Of a stretch of DNA of 64,000 bases, positions 1 through 11,204 are shown piece after piece. The notes under the pieces were generated by a model. The model made no database searches, was not told the DNA's origin, and was given only the letters and a program-made list of their open reading frames with translations. Numbering within the stretch: the stretch's first letter is position 1; each line of letters starts with the position of its first letter. The position numbers and the translations under genes are program-made. Source of the stretch: Antedon mediterranea (lineage: Eukaryota; Animalia; Echinodermata); NCBI RefSeq assembly GCF_964355755.1, contig NC_092674.1, positions 31,372,001-31,436,000 of the forward strand. The letters run 5' to 3'.

Positions 1-1164
1 TCAAGCTGCCAGCTTTTACAGTTTTTATGTGTGGTTGTTGTTTACAGTTTGTATTTAGTTACTCTACTTTCATAATGTCTAACAATACAATTACATTTAA
101 ATAAAACAAACCATATAAACGAGTTGTAGGCGACCAAAAAAAAAGGAAACATTAAAAAAGTTGTTTCAACTAATCCTTTATGATTTTGTTTTTTTGCTTG
201 TGTTTTGTTTTTTTCAAAGTCTCGAATCTTTAAATTGAAAAGTCAACTTTAAATGCAGTACAAAAAACCCCCAACATTCTGACATTAATAATAGGCCTAC
301 AAAATATTGTTAATTGTTTTAATTAAAATACTGTATATAGTTAAAAAATAATGTTCTATGGTGGGTCCTTTATATTTCGTCGCTTAATGCGCCTAGAGCA
401 CCATTAGTTTGCAACAAAATCAGAAATGCAAATTGTTTCACGGAGTATTTCACTAATCAAACAATCTGCTTTATTAAACAAACATTACAGTATAATAGGC
501 TAGATACATGAGGAAGGAATGATGACCTCTCGAGGTCAACTGGAATCGAACGGGAATAGACAACCAACCAGAGCCATATGGATGTCACGTTTGGAGAAGG
601 ATTGTGATTTATTGTAATTTGTACCCGTTTTATCGAGTAAACTTGTTCATTCTGGGAGATATGTCATCATTAGCCGAGAAAAATGACCGATAAGTGATTA
701 CGATTCTTGATGAGTAAAGAAACCCGCGTTGAAATTGTTGTTGCCGCCTGAATTTCATGGGCAGTCCGACGGTAAAACGATTAAGTTAGAACAATTTACA
801 TCGGTTGATGGGGTGGGCATTAACGCTATAAAAACCCTATATAATTTGTTTTCGTTCATTTTATACCGATATTCGATTTTAAACCAGAAATACACTAAAT
901 ATTATGAATGTACTCCTTTTCTTTAATCGACAAATATTAACAACAATCAAATATTGAAGAATAATTTAGAAAATAAAATCCAATATTATATTTAAACATT
1001 TGTACTTAAGTATTTTAACATTTAGTCAGTGCTTAAAGTATCTCAATATTCTGGAATAATTTAATTGCCAAAAATTGAATAAAGACTAGAATATTTCACA
1101 ATAGATAAAAACAAACTAAAATCCTTTTCAAACTTTAGTGGTGTAACATATACACTTTGGTGGA

Positions 1165-1310
1165 TGGGTAAGTGGGCGGACCACAGGTACAACGAACCGC
1201 CTGCTGACATTGGGTGACAAGTTGAATGAAACGCGAGCTGTGATTGGCTAGCGCCATCACGTTGTGCAGATTACCTCACTGGCCACAATAAGTGACAGGC
1301 GTATTTTTAC
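1165..1310 (+). promoter_or_regulatory. Candidate mab-21 proximal promoter
   Basis: GC-richer patch with GC box GGGCGG (1174-1179), reverse CCAAT box TGATTGGCT (1241-1249) and TALE-type TGACAG (1293-1298), 230-360 bp upstream of the ATG. Confidence 0.5.
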
Positions 1311-1528
1311 ACATGATGGCTCACGCCGTACTTGAGCAGCGATGAGACAATTCTACCAGTATTTTGAGAGTTTGTAAATACTGTACTAGTATAGATGTCA
1401 ACTAGATACCGATCGATTCACACATGTCATAAAGGTGGAGCAATATTGAACTATTTTATATTCAACTAGGGACCAACCTGGTCGGATTTTAGCATAAACT
1501 AAAATCATCGTGCTGAACTTAAATCCCT

Positions 1529-2620
1529 ATGTCTACCATCATGTTAGCCGGTCAGGACCGACTGATGTATCAGTTAAACAGGTTTACAACTGATAAAGTT
1601 AACGGACGAAAATCAAACATCACTAAAACTATTCGAGAAGTATGTAAAATTGTGACTGAGATTTTAAAAGAAGTGGAGGTGCAGGAACCCAGGTTTATCA
1701 GCTCCCTGGTTGAAACAGAAGGTAGATTTGAAGGCCTGGAAGTAGTAGCACCCACCGAATTTGAAGTTGTCTTGTTTTTAAATCAAATGGGAGTATTTAA
1801 TTTTGTGGACGATGGGTCAGTACCTGGATGTGCTGTCCTAAAATTAAGTGACGGACGAAAGCGATCTATGTCTCTGTGGGTAGAATTTATCACAGCATCT
1901 GGGTACTTGTCGGCTAGAAAAATTCGATCAAGATTCCAAACACTAGTAGCTCAAGCAGTTGATAAGTGCAAATATAGAGACATTGTTAAAATGATAGCCG
2001 ATACTTCAGAAGTAAAACTTCGTGTCCGAGAGCGATATATTGTACAAATAACACCAGCTTTCAAATGCAGTGGAATCTGGCCCCGAAGCGCTGCCCATTG
2101 GCCCTTACCACAGATCCCATGGCCTTCTCCTAGCCTAGTTGCTGAAGTGAAAACCGAAGGGTTTAACCTACTATCTAAAGAAATACCAGTATTATCTGGG
2201 AAACAAACCTCAGCTGAAGGGGATGCATGGGGGTTATCGTTCACTGATGCCGAAAACAAATTGCTACAGGGAGGCTGTAGGAAAAAGTGTCTTAGTATTT
2301 TGAAAACATTACGAGATAAACATTTGGACATACCAGGATCACCAGTTAAAAACTACCACATGAAAACTTTGCTTTTGTATGAATGTGAGAAGCATCCACG
2401 AGAAATTAGCTGGACAGAATCGTCAATGTTCGACAGGATAAATGGTATTCTTTTACAGCTGATATCGTGCCTACAAAACCGTAGATGTCCTCATTACTTC
2501 CTCCACGGTTTGGACCTTTTTGCCGGCAGGTCTCATGCAGCTCTGGACCAAGTAGCAAAACAAACGTGGAGAATCGCTAGAGAAATACTCACAAATCCAA
2601 GATGCCTTGAAAAACTATGA
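1529..2620 (+). CDS. mab-21: Mab-21 family protein (MAB21L1/L2 ortholog; cGAS/Mab21 nucleotidyltransferase fold), single exon, antisense within the NBEA/LRBA intron
   Basis: 363-aa uninterrupted ORF with near-identity to MAB21L hallmarks: KTIREVCK, KEVEVQEPRFISSL, SDGRKRSMSLWVEFITASGYLSARKIRSRFQTLVAQAVDKC, WPRSAAHWP, C-terminal REILTNPxxLEKL. The second Met (1541) aligns with the canonical MAB21L start. Confidence 0.98.
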   Translation: MSTIMLAGQDRLMYQLNRFTTDKVNGRKSNITKTIREVCKIVTEILKEVEVQEPRFISSLVETEGRFEGLEVVAPTEFEVVLFLNQMGVFNFVDDGSVPGCAVLKLSDGRKRSMSLWVEFITASGYLSARKIRSRFQTLVAQAVDKCKYRDIVKMIADTSEVKLRVRERYIVQITPAFKCSGIWPRSAAHWPLPQIPWPSPSLVAEVKTEGFNLLSKEIPVLSGKQTSAEGDAWGLSFTDAENKLLQGGCRKKCLSILKTLRDKHLDIPGSPVKNYHMKTLLLYECEKHPREISWTESSMFDRINGILLQLISCLQNRRCPHYFLHGLDLFAGRSHAALDQVAKQTWRIAREILTNPRCLEKL

Positions 2621-3474
2621 CATGGGTATATAATAATGGGACGAAAAGGGGGTGAAAATTAAATGCGTCAAAATGGTGCTAACGAATAGATGGATTTTTA
2701 TAAGTCTGGTCAGTGTATCAGATAAAATACAAGATGGGGGTAAAAACAGACATTAGAAATCAACCAATCTATAGAGAGACCAAGCTGATTATTCTTTCAA
2801 TAGTATGAAATTTGTCGCCAGTAAAAAATCATTTTGAACGTTTTGCCGATTTAACACATGGAGACTGAAGCTCAGTGTTGAACTGTGTGATCAATCGCCT
2901 TGTGTTCGTGGTCAGTAACTTATTGGGATACTTTCATTTTTAGTGTTTACTTGGATATTTTATGGATGTAGAATCACTAGATTCTCTTGTATTGTTTTAT
3001 AATGTGGAAGATTGTTGTGTAAAAAAGTATATTGTCAAGTATTGTATAACTGTTATATTGCAAATCAAATTTATGACCAAGTGTTTATTGACAGAATGAA
3101 CTTATCCTGGTAGAGTTGTAAGTTGTGACATTTTTTACTAGTTGTTCATTAATTTAAGGGAGAATTACAACTTTCCGATTCCAAGGGCAGAACTATACTT
3201 TTAATAAACTATTTTAATATAAACTATAAGTAACATTCAAGCATGCAGTATCAGTATTATTATTATACACAAATCATCGTAGGATGATGATGAGGCTGAA
3301 TTTTGAGACGTTGTAGGCTGATTAGTGCTTGGTGTACAGAGGCTGAGACTCCTTTTGGAGTCAAACTTTTCTGAGGCTGAATTTTGTTTTCTTAGCCTAG
3401 GCCTAGCCTATGGTGTTTACAGACAACTCGTTGTTATACCGTATTACTCATTCCATTATTGCATGTAAGTTAAT

Positions 3475-3480
3475 AATAAA
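3475..3480 (+). promoter_or_regulatory. Candidate mab-21 polyadenylation signal (alternative AATAAA at 3203-3208)
   Basis: AATAAA after a T/G-rich 3'UTR-like region, with GT-rich sequence downstream. Confidence 0.35.
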
Positions 3481-4947
3481 TATATTATAAAGCACATGGT
3501 TTTAACATTAGTGTGCTGCTAAATATACCCGGATGTCACTAATGAAAAATATAAATTCGCAGCTATTTCTGTAAAGATGTCAAAGAAAATTTGAAAGTAA
3601 ATATTATAATCCATGAAAGATGTAGTTTGAAATATTATTTTGTTCAGTGTCAAATTAATGTATTTAAATGTGTGCGGAGTTTGTGATTCTATATGAATAC
3701 CTTGTATGATTACCGGTGTCATCATCGTGTAATAAGTAATGAGAAAGTGCTTAAAGGACCTTGACAATGCATACCAACATAATGTTATTATAGGTCTATT
3801 TTAAAAATGGAACATAAAATATTTAGAGCACTAATCTATTTGTTGCACGTAAACCTATATTGTGAATTTTACCGAAGAGAGTACAGTTTTCGTTCTGTAG
3901 GCCTACAACACGCATCGAGAGACTACTAATTTTTTAATTATTATGCAAATTCTAATGGGGCCGATACATTTTAATGTTAACATCATTTCTGTTTATGTTG
4001 ATGGCTATACATTCTCATACAGGATTGAGCCCAAACATTTTTCGTTATTTTGAATTATAAATGAAACCAACAATTTAGAATAAAACATAAATAAGTTTAA
4101 TGAATTAGGCCTACCGTACTTAGGACTATTCAATTGACAAAGATAATTAGGCCTATAATATATTTCGATGCTGTTCACGGGCATAATTTTAGTTGAAATC
4201 ATTATTGACGATATAAATAATAGATTTCTTAAAAAATAAATGGAACTACAGGATAAATACAGATTTAATTATTATTATTAACAATTAAGCCTACAATCCA
4301 CTATATAGTATCGAAAACAAACTATTTGCACTACCATATTGTTTGTTGGGAGGCCCCTACACAGTATATAGAATAAATATCAAGAATATGTAATGTGTTA
4401 GATGGAAGAGAACTAACCTAAACACTCACAATTGAAACTACGGTAAAGCAGAGAGTTATAATTATGTTTAAACACCCGTATCGACAAAATAATCGTCTTA
4501 AAACAACTTGAGTGGAGCTTAAATTGGACTAAGAAGAGAATAGCCATGATCGGTTGCTTGCATTGTGTGACCGTTATGTCAACAATATCATTAACAGGTC
4601 ATTAGGCCTAACTTTACTGTTGACTTTCGTTTGTAATAGGTATGATCGGGTTGTGTTTTGATATTGTACTACGTGAATATAAGTAACACTTGTAACAAAT
4701 ATTTTCTATTTTACACAAAAGTATAAGCGGCCATTATTTGGTAGCGGGTTTGGATAATTATCGTTATATACATTTTCGATTTCGGCCTAGACAGATACAG
4801 TTATAATAACACGTTGATACAGCAATAACACGTTTTATAACATTAAGCAAACACCATGAACTAAATAAACATACAATACAAATTAATCATTTTAAAGATT
4901 TCTATTAAAAATTAATAATAAACAATAGCAAACTATCGGTACGAAAT

Positions 4948-5180
4948 CTTTGAATGTACGCGAGTAATGTACTCTTTGAATGTACGCGAGTAATGTACTC
5001 TTTGAATGTACGCGAGTAATGTACTCTTTGAATGTACGCGAGTAATGTACTCTTTGAATGTACGCGAGTAATGTACTCTTTGAATGTACGCGAGTAATGT
5101 ACTCTTTGAATGACGCGAGTAATGTACTCTTTGAATGTACGCGAGTAATGTACTCTTTGAATGTACGCGAGTAATGTACT
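4948..5180. repeat. 26-bp minisatellite, about 9 copies
   Basis: Unit TTTGAATGTACGCGAGTAATGTACTC; one unit has a 2-bp deletion. Confidence 0.95.
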
Positions 5181-6950
5181 TGCACAAAACATATATTACT
5201 CGCGTATAATTATTATCACCTCAAAGAATAATATAAATATATTAGTAAAGTATATAGTACTGTATAACAATAGAGATATTATAGTGAGCTATAATATCTC
5301 TATTGTTACGTATAACATTATATGTTCTAAGTACGCGTACTAAATAAAAAATATATACTGTTAATGTTATAGACTGATATCATTTTATGATCATTATTTT
5401 AGATAGGTTCTTACTTTTAATAGGCCTACTATAATAGGTTCTAAGCACTTACTTAATACTTAGACCTCGTGGCACACACTGTTATAGCGTTATACAATAG
5501 GTTCTAAGTACTTACTTGCGTTATACAACATTGTTTACCGGTAGTTGGTATCCGTTTATCGACATGTATTCAATTATACAATTTGAGAAAGTATTTTGTA
5601 TTACTAAATCATTTATTATCGGAACTTATATTGATATAATATATACCATATACTGTTAGTCAGTGACATATACTATTATTATATCACTCAATTTAAGTTG
5701 ATAACCCCAGAAGTTTTAGGAAACAAAACAATTAGTGTATGAACCGACGCATGACGATCAAAACATCTAGGGCAAAAATAAAGTCATAACATTACTTTAA
5801 TAGCCAGAAGTAGCTGTTCATTACACAGTATAGCAATTACTACACTAGACGTCGATGGTCAATCGAAAGTATACAAACTCCTCCTTAAAATGCTGACAAA
5901 CATAATATTTTCTGCTATGAATAATTGTTTGTTTATACCTGAGATCGTTTGTGGGGTTGCATTATACAAGTTTTAGCCTGTATATAATAATATTGTTAAA
6001 TATTATATATTAATGTTTTTCTCCTTGAAATTTTAGGCCTATATTAATGTTTTATATATTTGCATTAATAATTCAATTTTTTTGGCCAAAGAGTATGAAA
6101 ATAAATACTGTATATTAAAAAAAAATTAAATTTACAACTCCATTTAAAAAAACTTCGAAATTTATAACGAAAACGAAATATTGTTTTAATAACTACGAAA
6201 TTATCGAAAAATCAGTCACATTTTTGGCCTAATCGTTTGAAATATTAATTCTAAAAGCTTCCGACAATGGTCACACGTTATGTATGGTCGTCATCCAATT
6301 AGAATTAGATTTACGATCATAAACTCATATCTATTGTTACAAAAACATTACAACATACAGTGCATGACTGTATTCAAATTCTTGCTCCAAATGAAACATT
6401 ACCAACTTGTGAATTTACACGCGTTTGTAATTAATATATCACGAAAAAAGAATAACTGCTATGCGGCCATATAAACTCATAAGTACAACAAAACCATAGT
6501 TTTTTATCCAAATTTACGTTTTAAAACACAAATGTTTAATAATTGCGTATCGAATACGTGTAAAAGAAGCTTTTAGCCCATTTGCGTTTTCAAACACGAA
6601 TTTTTAATTTGTTTTTTGAATAAAAACAAACGGCCTACTACTGGTAGAATCCATTAAGTTACGTGCTTATTAATAACACCCAGTGTTCTAAGAGCCAGGG
6701 TAATAAATAATGAGTATTAAGTAGATATGAATGGATAACATTATCATTCATATGCCGTTGAAATGTCAAATTGGTTCATTAATATATCGACAACTTCTTT
6801 TGCATTTATATCGTGTTTTGACTGTGAATTGAAAATAATTAGCCATATTTATTTACAGTATACAAAATATTTTAAACGCGGTCAAAATATCGTTAAAGTT
6901 TTTTAAACATGTAATAATTAAAACTTAGCGAAGGGTTAAAGTAGGCTTAC

Positions 6951-7273
6951 AGTACGCAGTAACGATACGGACTGATTTACTGTAGCAATAGAACCAAGTA
7001 TTCAAGTACGCAGTAACGATACGGACTGATTTACTGTAGCAATAGAACCAAGTATTCAAGTACGCAGTAACGATACGGACTGATTGACTGTAGCAATAGA
7101 ACCAAGTATTCAAGTACGCAGTAACGATACGGACTGATTGACTGTAGCAATAGAACCAAGTATTCAAGTACGCAGTAACGATACGGACTGATTGACTGTA
7201 GCAATAGAACCAAGTATTCAAGTACGCAGTAACGATACGGACTGATTGACTGTAGCAATAGAACCAAGTATTC
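6951..7273. repeat. 54-bp minisatellite, 6 copies
   Basis: Unit AGTACGCAGTAACGATACGGACTGATTKACTGTAGCAATAGAACCAAGTATTCA. Confidence 0.95.
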
Positions 7274-8070
7274 TGTGAAAAACATACCAAAATATGTCAT
7301 AATTAAGTTTACTCTGCGGGTGAGTCTAAAGTAAACCATTTGGTTTAAATTGACTTTATCGTTCACATCCAGAAGATATAAAATCATTAATATACCGTAG
7401 CCGATTACTCATTACAGAATATATTCAACTTTCAGACTAGAATAATGTAATTACAAACGTTTAATGTTTTTTTAAAAGATAATTGCCTGTCAAAAACCAT
7501 TTACATAAATTAATGTAAACCCATTTTTGATCTTCTTTATTTCGCTGGGAATAATTAGGTTATTTTATCACGGAGGCCATATTAGGCTGTCTAATGTCAG
7601 TGTTGGATATAACGTTATTATGTAAATTATCTAAAAGGATGAACGACACAGCGAATGAATAAAATAGTAGGCCTATATACAATCTATTCGAAATTAAGGT
7701 ACAATTTGCATAATATTTTTAAAAGCACAAAAGTGGGAAATTTTAGTGCATTTTATAAGGTTTATATTCACTTAACGAGCAGTAATAGTATTACAAATGT
7801 CGTACTGAATTTTAAATATTTTATTGAACTTAATTGTTACAGAAATTGTGAAGGAAATAAATAAGACCTCCATGCAGATTGAAACGTAAGGTGCATTAAC
7901 ATAGTTCTGTACTATTTTATAACTCTAGTGAAATCTGTGAGAATGTTTGCTTGTTAATATATACTATAACACAGCAACTGGTCATGCACTGGAATTTTAT
8001 TACGAGTTTAAGACGTCTGTTCGACACTTTTCTCGGGTGAAAGTGGTGTTAATCATGTCTAGAAACAGAT

Positions 8071-9669
8071 TTTTGGTTATCCGCAACGAAGTTGCAGGAT
8101 AACCTCTTGTGATTGTACGAAATCATCATCAACATCAACTTTTTATTTCTCTTCTTTCTTTCTGTATGATTTTTGTGGAACGCTTTTCTCTAAAACTTGC
8201 AAACATAACATTTTGTAACTTTTTCAACATATCGTCATGCACATGAAGATGTGCAGCGAAGCTTTTCATGATGTTTACAATTGCGCAACGTGACGTACGC
8301 GCGATTTAACGATTTTGTCGTATTTAACATAGCTCGACAACCAAATAACATTTCAACTTAAAACTTTGCAAAAGTTTAATTTATATCATGCGCTAACTTT
8401 CTGTTGAAAAAAAATTGCGTGTTTTACACAAAGTTACGCGCGCACGCGCATTAAAAATTTCAAAATGCGCAAAATTAATTTATAATCAACTTTCTACGCG
8501 TTTCATGTCGTTTTAAGCATGTCAAAAATTCCCACGCGTGCGCACATTTTTACGTGTGCGGTGCGCACGTAGCATTGAAAACGTATTTTTTTCGCGTGAT
8601 TTATATTTTTCCAGCCTTTTCTAGTAATTTTACCAAATTTTAAACAATTTCGAATTAAAGATACGTCATACGAGCACGTCGAATTGGACAATTTGCGCGC
8701 GTTTTTTATGAAAAGCTTAAAAAATTCGTTTAAAATATGCCTTTATTTAAACAGTCGTAATTTCTAAACTAGACGGTCAACTTTTTGTGGATGACATATT
8801 CTGGAAGTAGATGAGTTGTAGATATCGGATCAGGTATTAATATGGCTAACCGGACATTGTGACGTCATCGTATGGCCACGCGAATATAAAATTTAGGATT
8901 TTTGTATCTTTCGTCACAGCTTATCACATTGAATAGAGCGCATTTCCACTTATCCGTTTTCCATTTTCACCCCGATTTTGATATTGTCTAGGTCAATCAA
9001 CTATCTTTCGCATGAATTAAAAATATTTTAATTTTTTTTACGTCATCATGCCTAAAAATTTAAATCACGTGTGGCATTAATTTCATCTTTACTGTAAATT
9101 TTAATCTGTTATAGCTCGTAAGAATAAAATGTGATAATTACGATTAAAACTTTTTCTGGAAGCTATTGGATTGTAGATACGAAATTATGTTAAAATTTTG
9201 CCAATCGGATGTTGTGACGTCATCATATGGCCAGTTAAATAAAAAAGGTCGTATTTTCATCTTTTGCGTCATAATTCATTACATTTAAAAGAGCGCGCAT
9301 CAATATTTCACGTATTCAAATTTCTCCTACACGCTAATACGTTGTTGCTGAGATAATTTCCTTTCGGAATTGCTACCTTCGCGTTTCATTTTAAAACCGT
9401 CAACATGTTAAAAATTGCAATAAATAGCGGGTCCCGTAATTTCACCTATTCTACACTGTATGTGATATGGATACAGATTATACTGTGTATACTATATATG
9501 AATTTAAATAATAAAATTCAGCAATAACAACATATCATATTCTTCAGTTCAGGTCATAATGCCAACGTGAACACTTCCTTTTGTCCTCAACCTATCCCCT
9601 TAATGTTAATGTTGCACCACTTGCGCGGCGGATAACCAAACTCGTCAAAGTGACGAGTTACATGTCTAG
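8071..9669 (+). mobile_element. Non-autonomous Helentron/HINE (DINE-1-like) rolling-circle element, copy 1
   Basis: 5' subTIR GGTTATCCGC (8075-8084) with a nearby partial inverted repeat; 3' subTIR GCGGATAACC (9628-9637); hairpin ACTCGTCA-aag-TGACGAGT (9640-9658); CTAG then a T-run; no coding capacity. Confidence 0.7.
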
Positions 9670-11204
9670 TTTTTTTTCTTTCTTTCTCCTCTATTTTTGT
9701 GTCTCGCGTATCTCAAAAACGTGTAAACATAACATGTTATAACTTTGTCAGCATGAGGGCATTCAGGTGAAGTTGTGCACCTCCTATTTTTGAATGACGT
9801 CAGAGTTGCGCAACATGACTTACGCGCGTTTTTACGAATTTCGCATTTTTAACATAGATTGAAAACCATATAGCAATTTAAATTGAAACTTAACAAAAGT
9901 TTAATTGATATCTTGCGCTAACAGAATGTGAAAAAAAAATGGCATGTTTCACAGGAAGTTACGCGCGCACGCGCGTTTAAAATTTCAAAATGCGAAAAAT
10001 CAATTTCTAATCAACTTTCTACGCGTTTCATGTCATTTTGGGCATGTAAAAAATTCCCACGTACGCGCATTTTTTTACGCGTGCGGTGCGCACGTAGCGT
10101 TGAAAACCATTTTTTTCGCGTGATTTATGTTTTTCCAGCCTTTTCTAGTAATTTTACCAACTTTTGAACAATTTCGACTTAAATTTACGTCATACGGGCA
10201 CGTCGAATTGGATAATTTACGTGCATTTTTGATGAAAAAGTTCAAAAAGTCGTCAAAATTTGTCAAAATTATGCCCTTTTTTAAACAGTTATAGTTCCTA
10301 AACTAAACGGTGAAAGTTATTTTTATTGCATATTCTGAAAGTTGATGAGTTGTAGATTTTGAATCATGCATTAATATGGCTAACTGGACATTGTGACGTC
10401 ACCGTATGCCCACGCGAATATAAAATATAGGATTTTTGTATCTTTCATCATAGCGCATGACATTTAATAGAGCGCATCTCCAATTATCTGTTTTCCATTT
10501 TTACCCCGATTTTTATATTATCTAGGTCAATCAACTATCTTTCGTATGAGTTAAAAATATTTTAATATTTATGACGTCATCATGTCTAAAAATGTAAATA
10601 ACGTGGGTCACTTATTTTCGTCCTTACAGTAAATTTCAATCTGTTATAGCTCGTCAGAATAAAACGGCATAATCATGATTAAAACGTTTTCTGGAAGCTA
10701 TTGAATTGTAGATACGAATTCATGTAAACATTTTGCCAATCGGATGTCGTGACGTCATCATATGGCCAGTTGAATAAAAAAAGGCGTATTTTCATATTTT
10801 GCGTAATAGTTCATCACATTTAAAAGGGCGCGCATCTATATTTTACGTATTCAAATTTCTTCTACACGTTAATATGTGGTTGCTGAGATAATGTCCTTCC
10901 GAAATTGCTAACTTAGTGTTTCATTTTGATACCGTCGCCATGTTAAAAATAAGAATAAATGGGGGGTCTCGTAATTTCACCTATTCTACACTGTATGTAA
11001 CATGTATACAGAGTATACCGTTTGCACTGTATATACTATATGACACAAAATAGACTGAATTCAGCACTAATAACGTATGATATTCTTCAGTTCAGGTCAC
11101 AATGCCATAATCTTTATATGTGTGCAATATTCCAACGTATGACGTGCACGTGGCGTTTGTCGTGCGGATAACTAACTCGTCAAAGTGACGAGTTTCATGT
11201 CTAG
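9670..11204 (+). mobile_element. HINE-like element, copy 2 (head-to-tail, lacking the 5' subTIR)
   Basis: Colinear but diverged from copy 1 over about 1.5 kb; same 3' GCGGATAAC, hairpin and CATGTCTAG-T end (CTAG 11201-11204). Confidence 0.7.

Noticed and set aside
1570-2331. Antisense ORFs overlapping mab-21 (61 and 126 aa)
   Set aside because: Shadow frames of a real CDS; no NBEA similarity or convincing splice context
1529-2620. Bacterial CBASS/CD-NTase or immune cGLR interpretation
   Set aside because: Sequence is clearly the conserved developmental Mab21 subfamily, in an intron-containing animal locus
4892-7387. Repetitive ORFs near 4.9-5.2 kb and 6.9-7.4 kb
   Set aside because: Products of the 26-bp and 54-bp minisatellites
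8503-10266. Similar short ORFs in the two repeat units
   Set aside because: Incidental frames in non-autonomous elements; no Rep or helicase motifs
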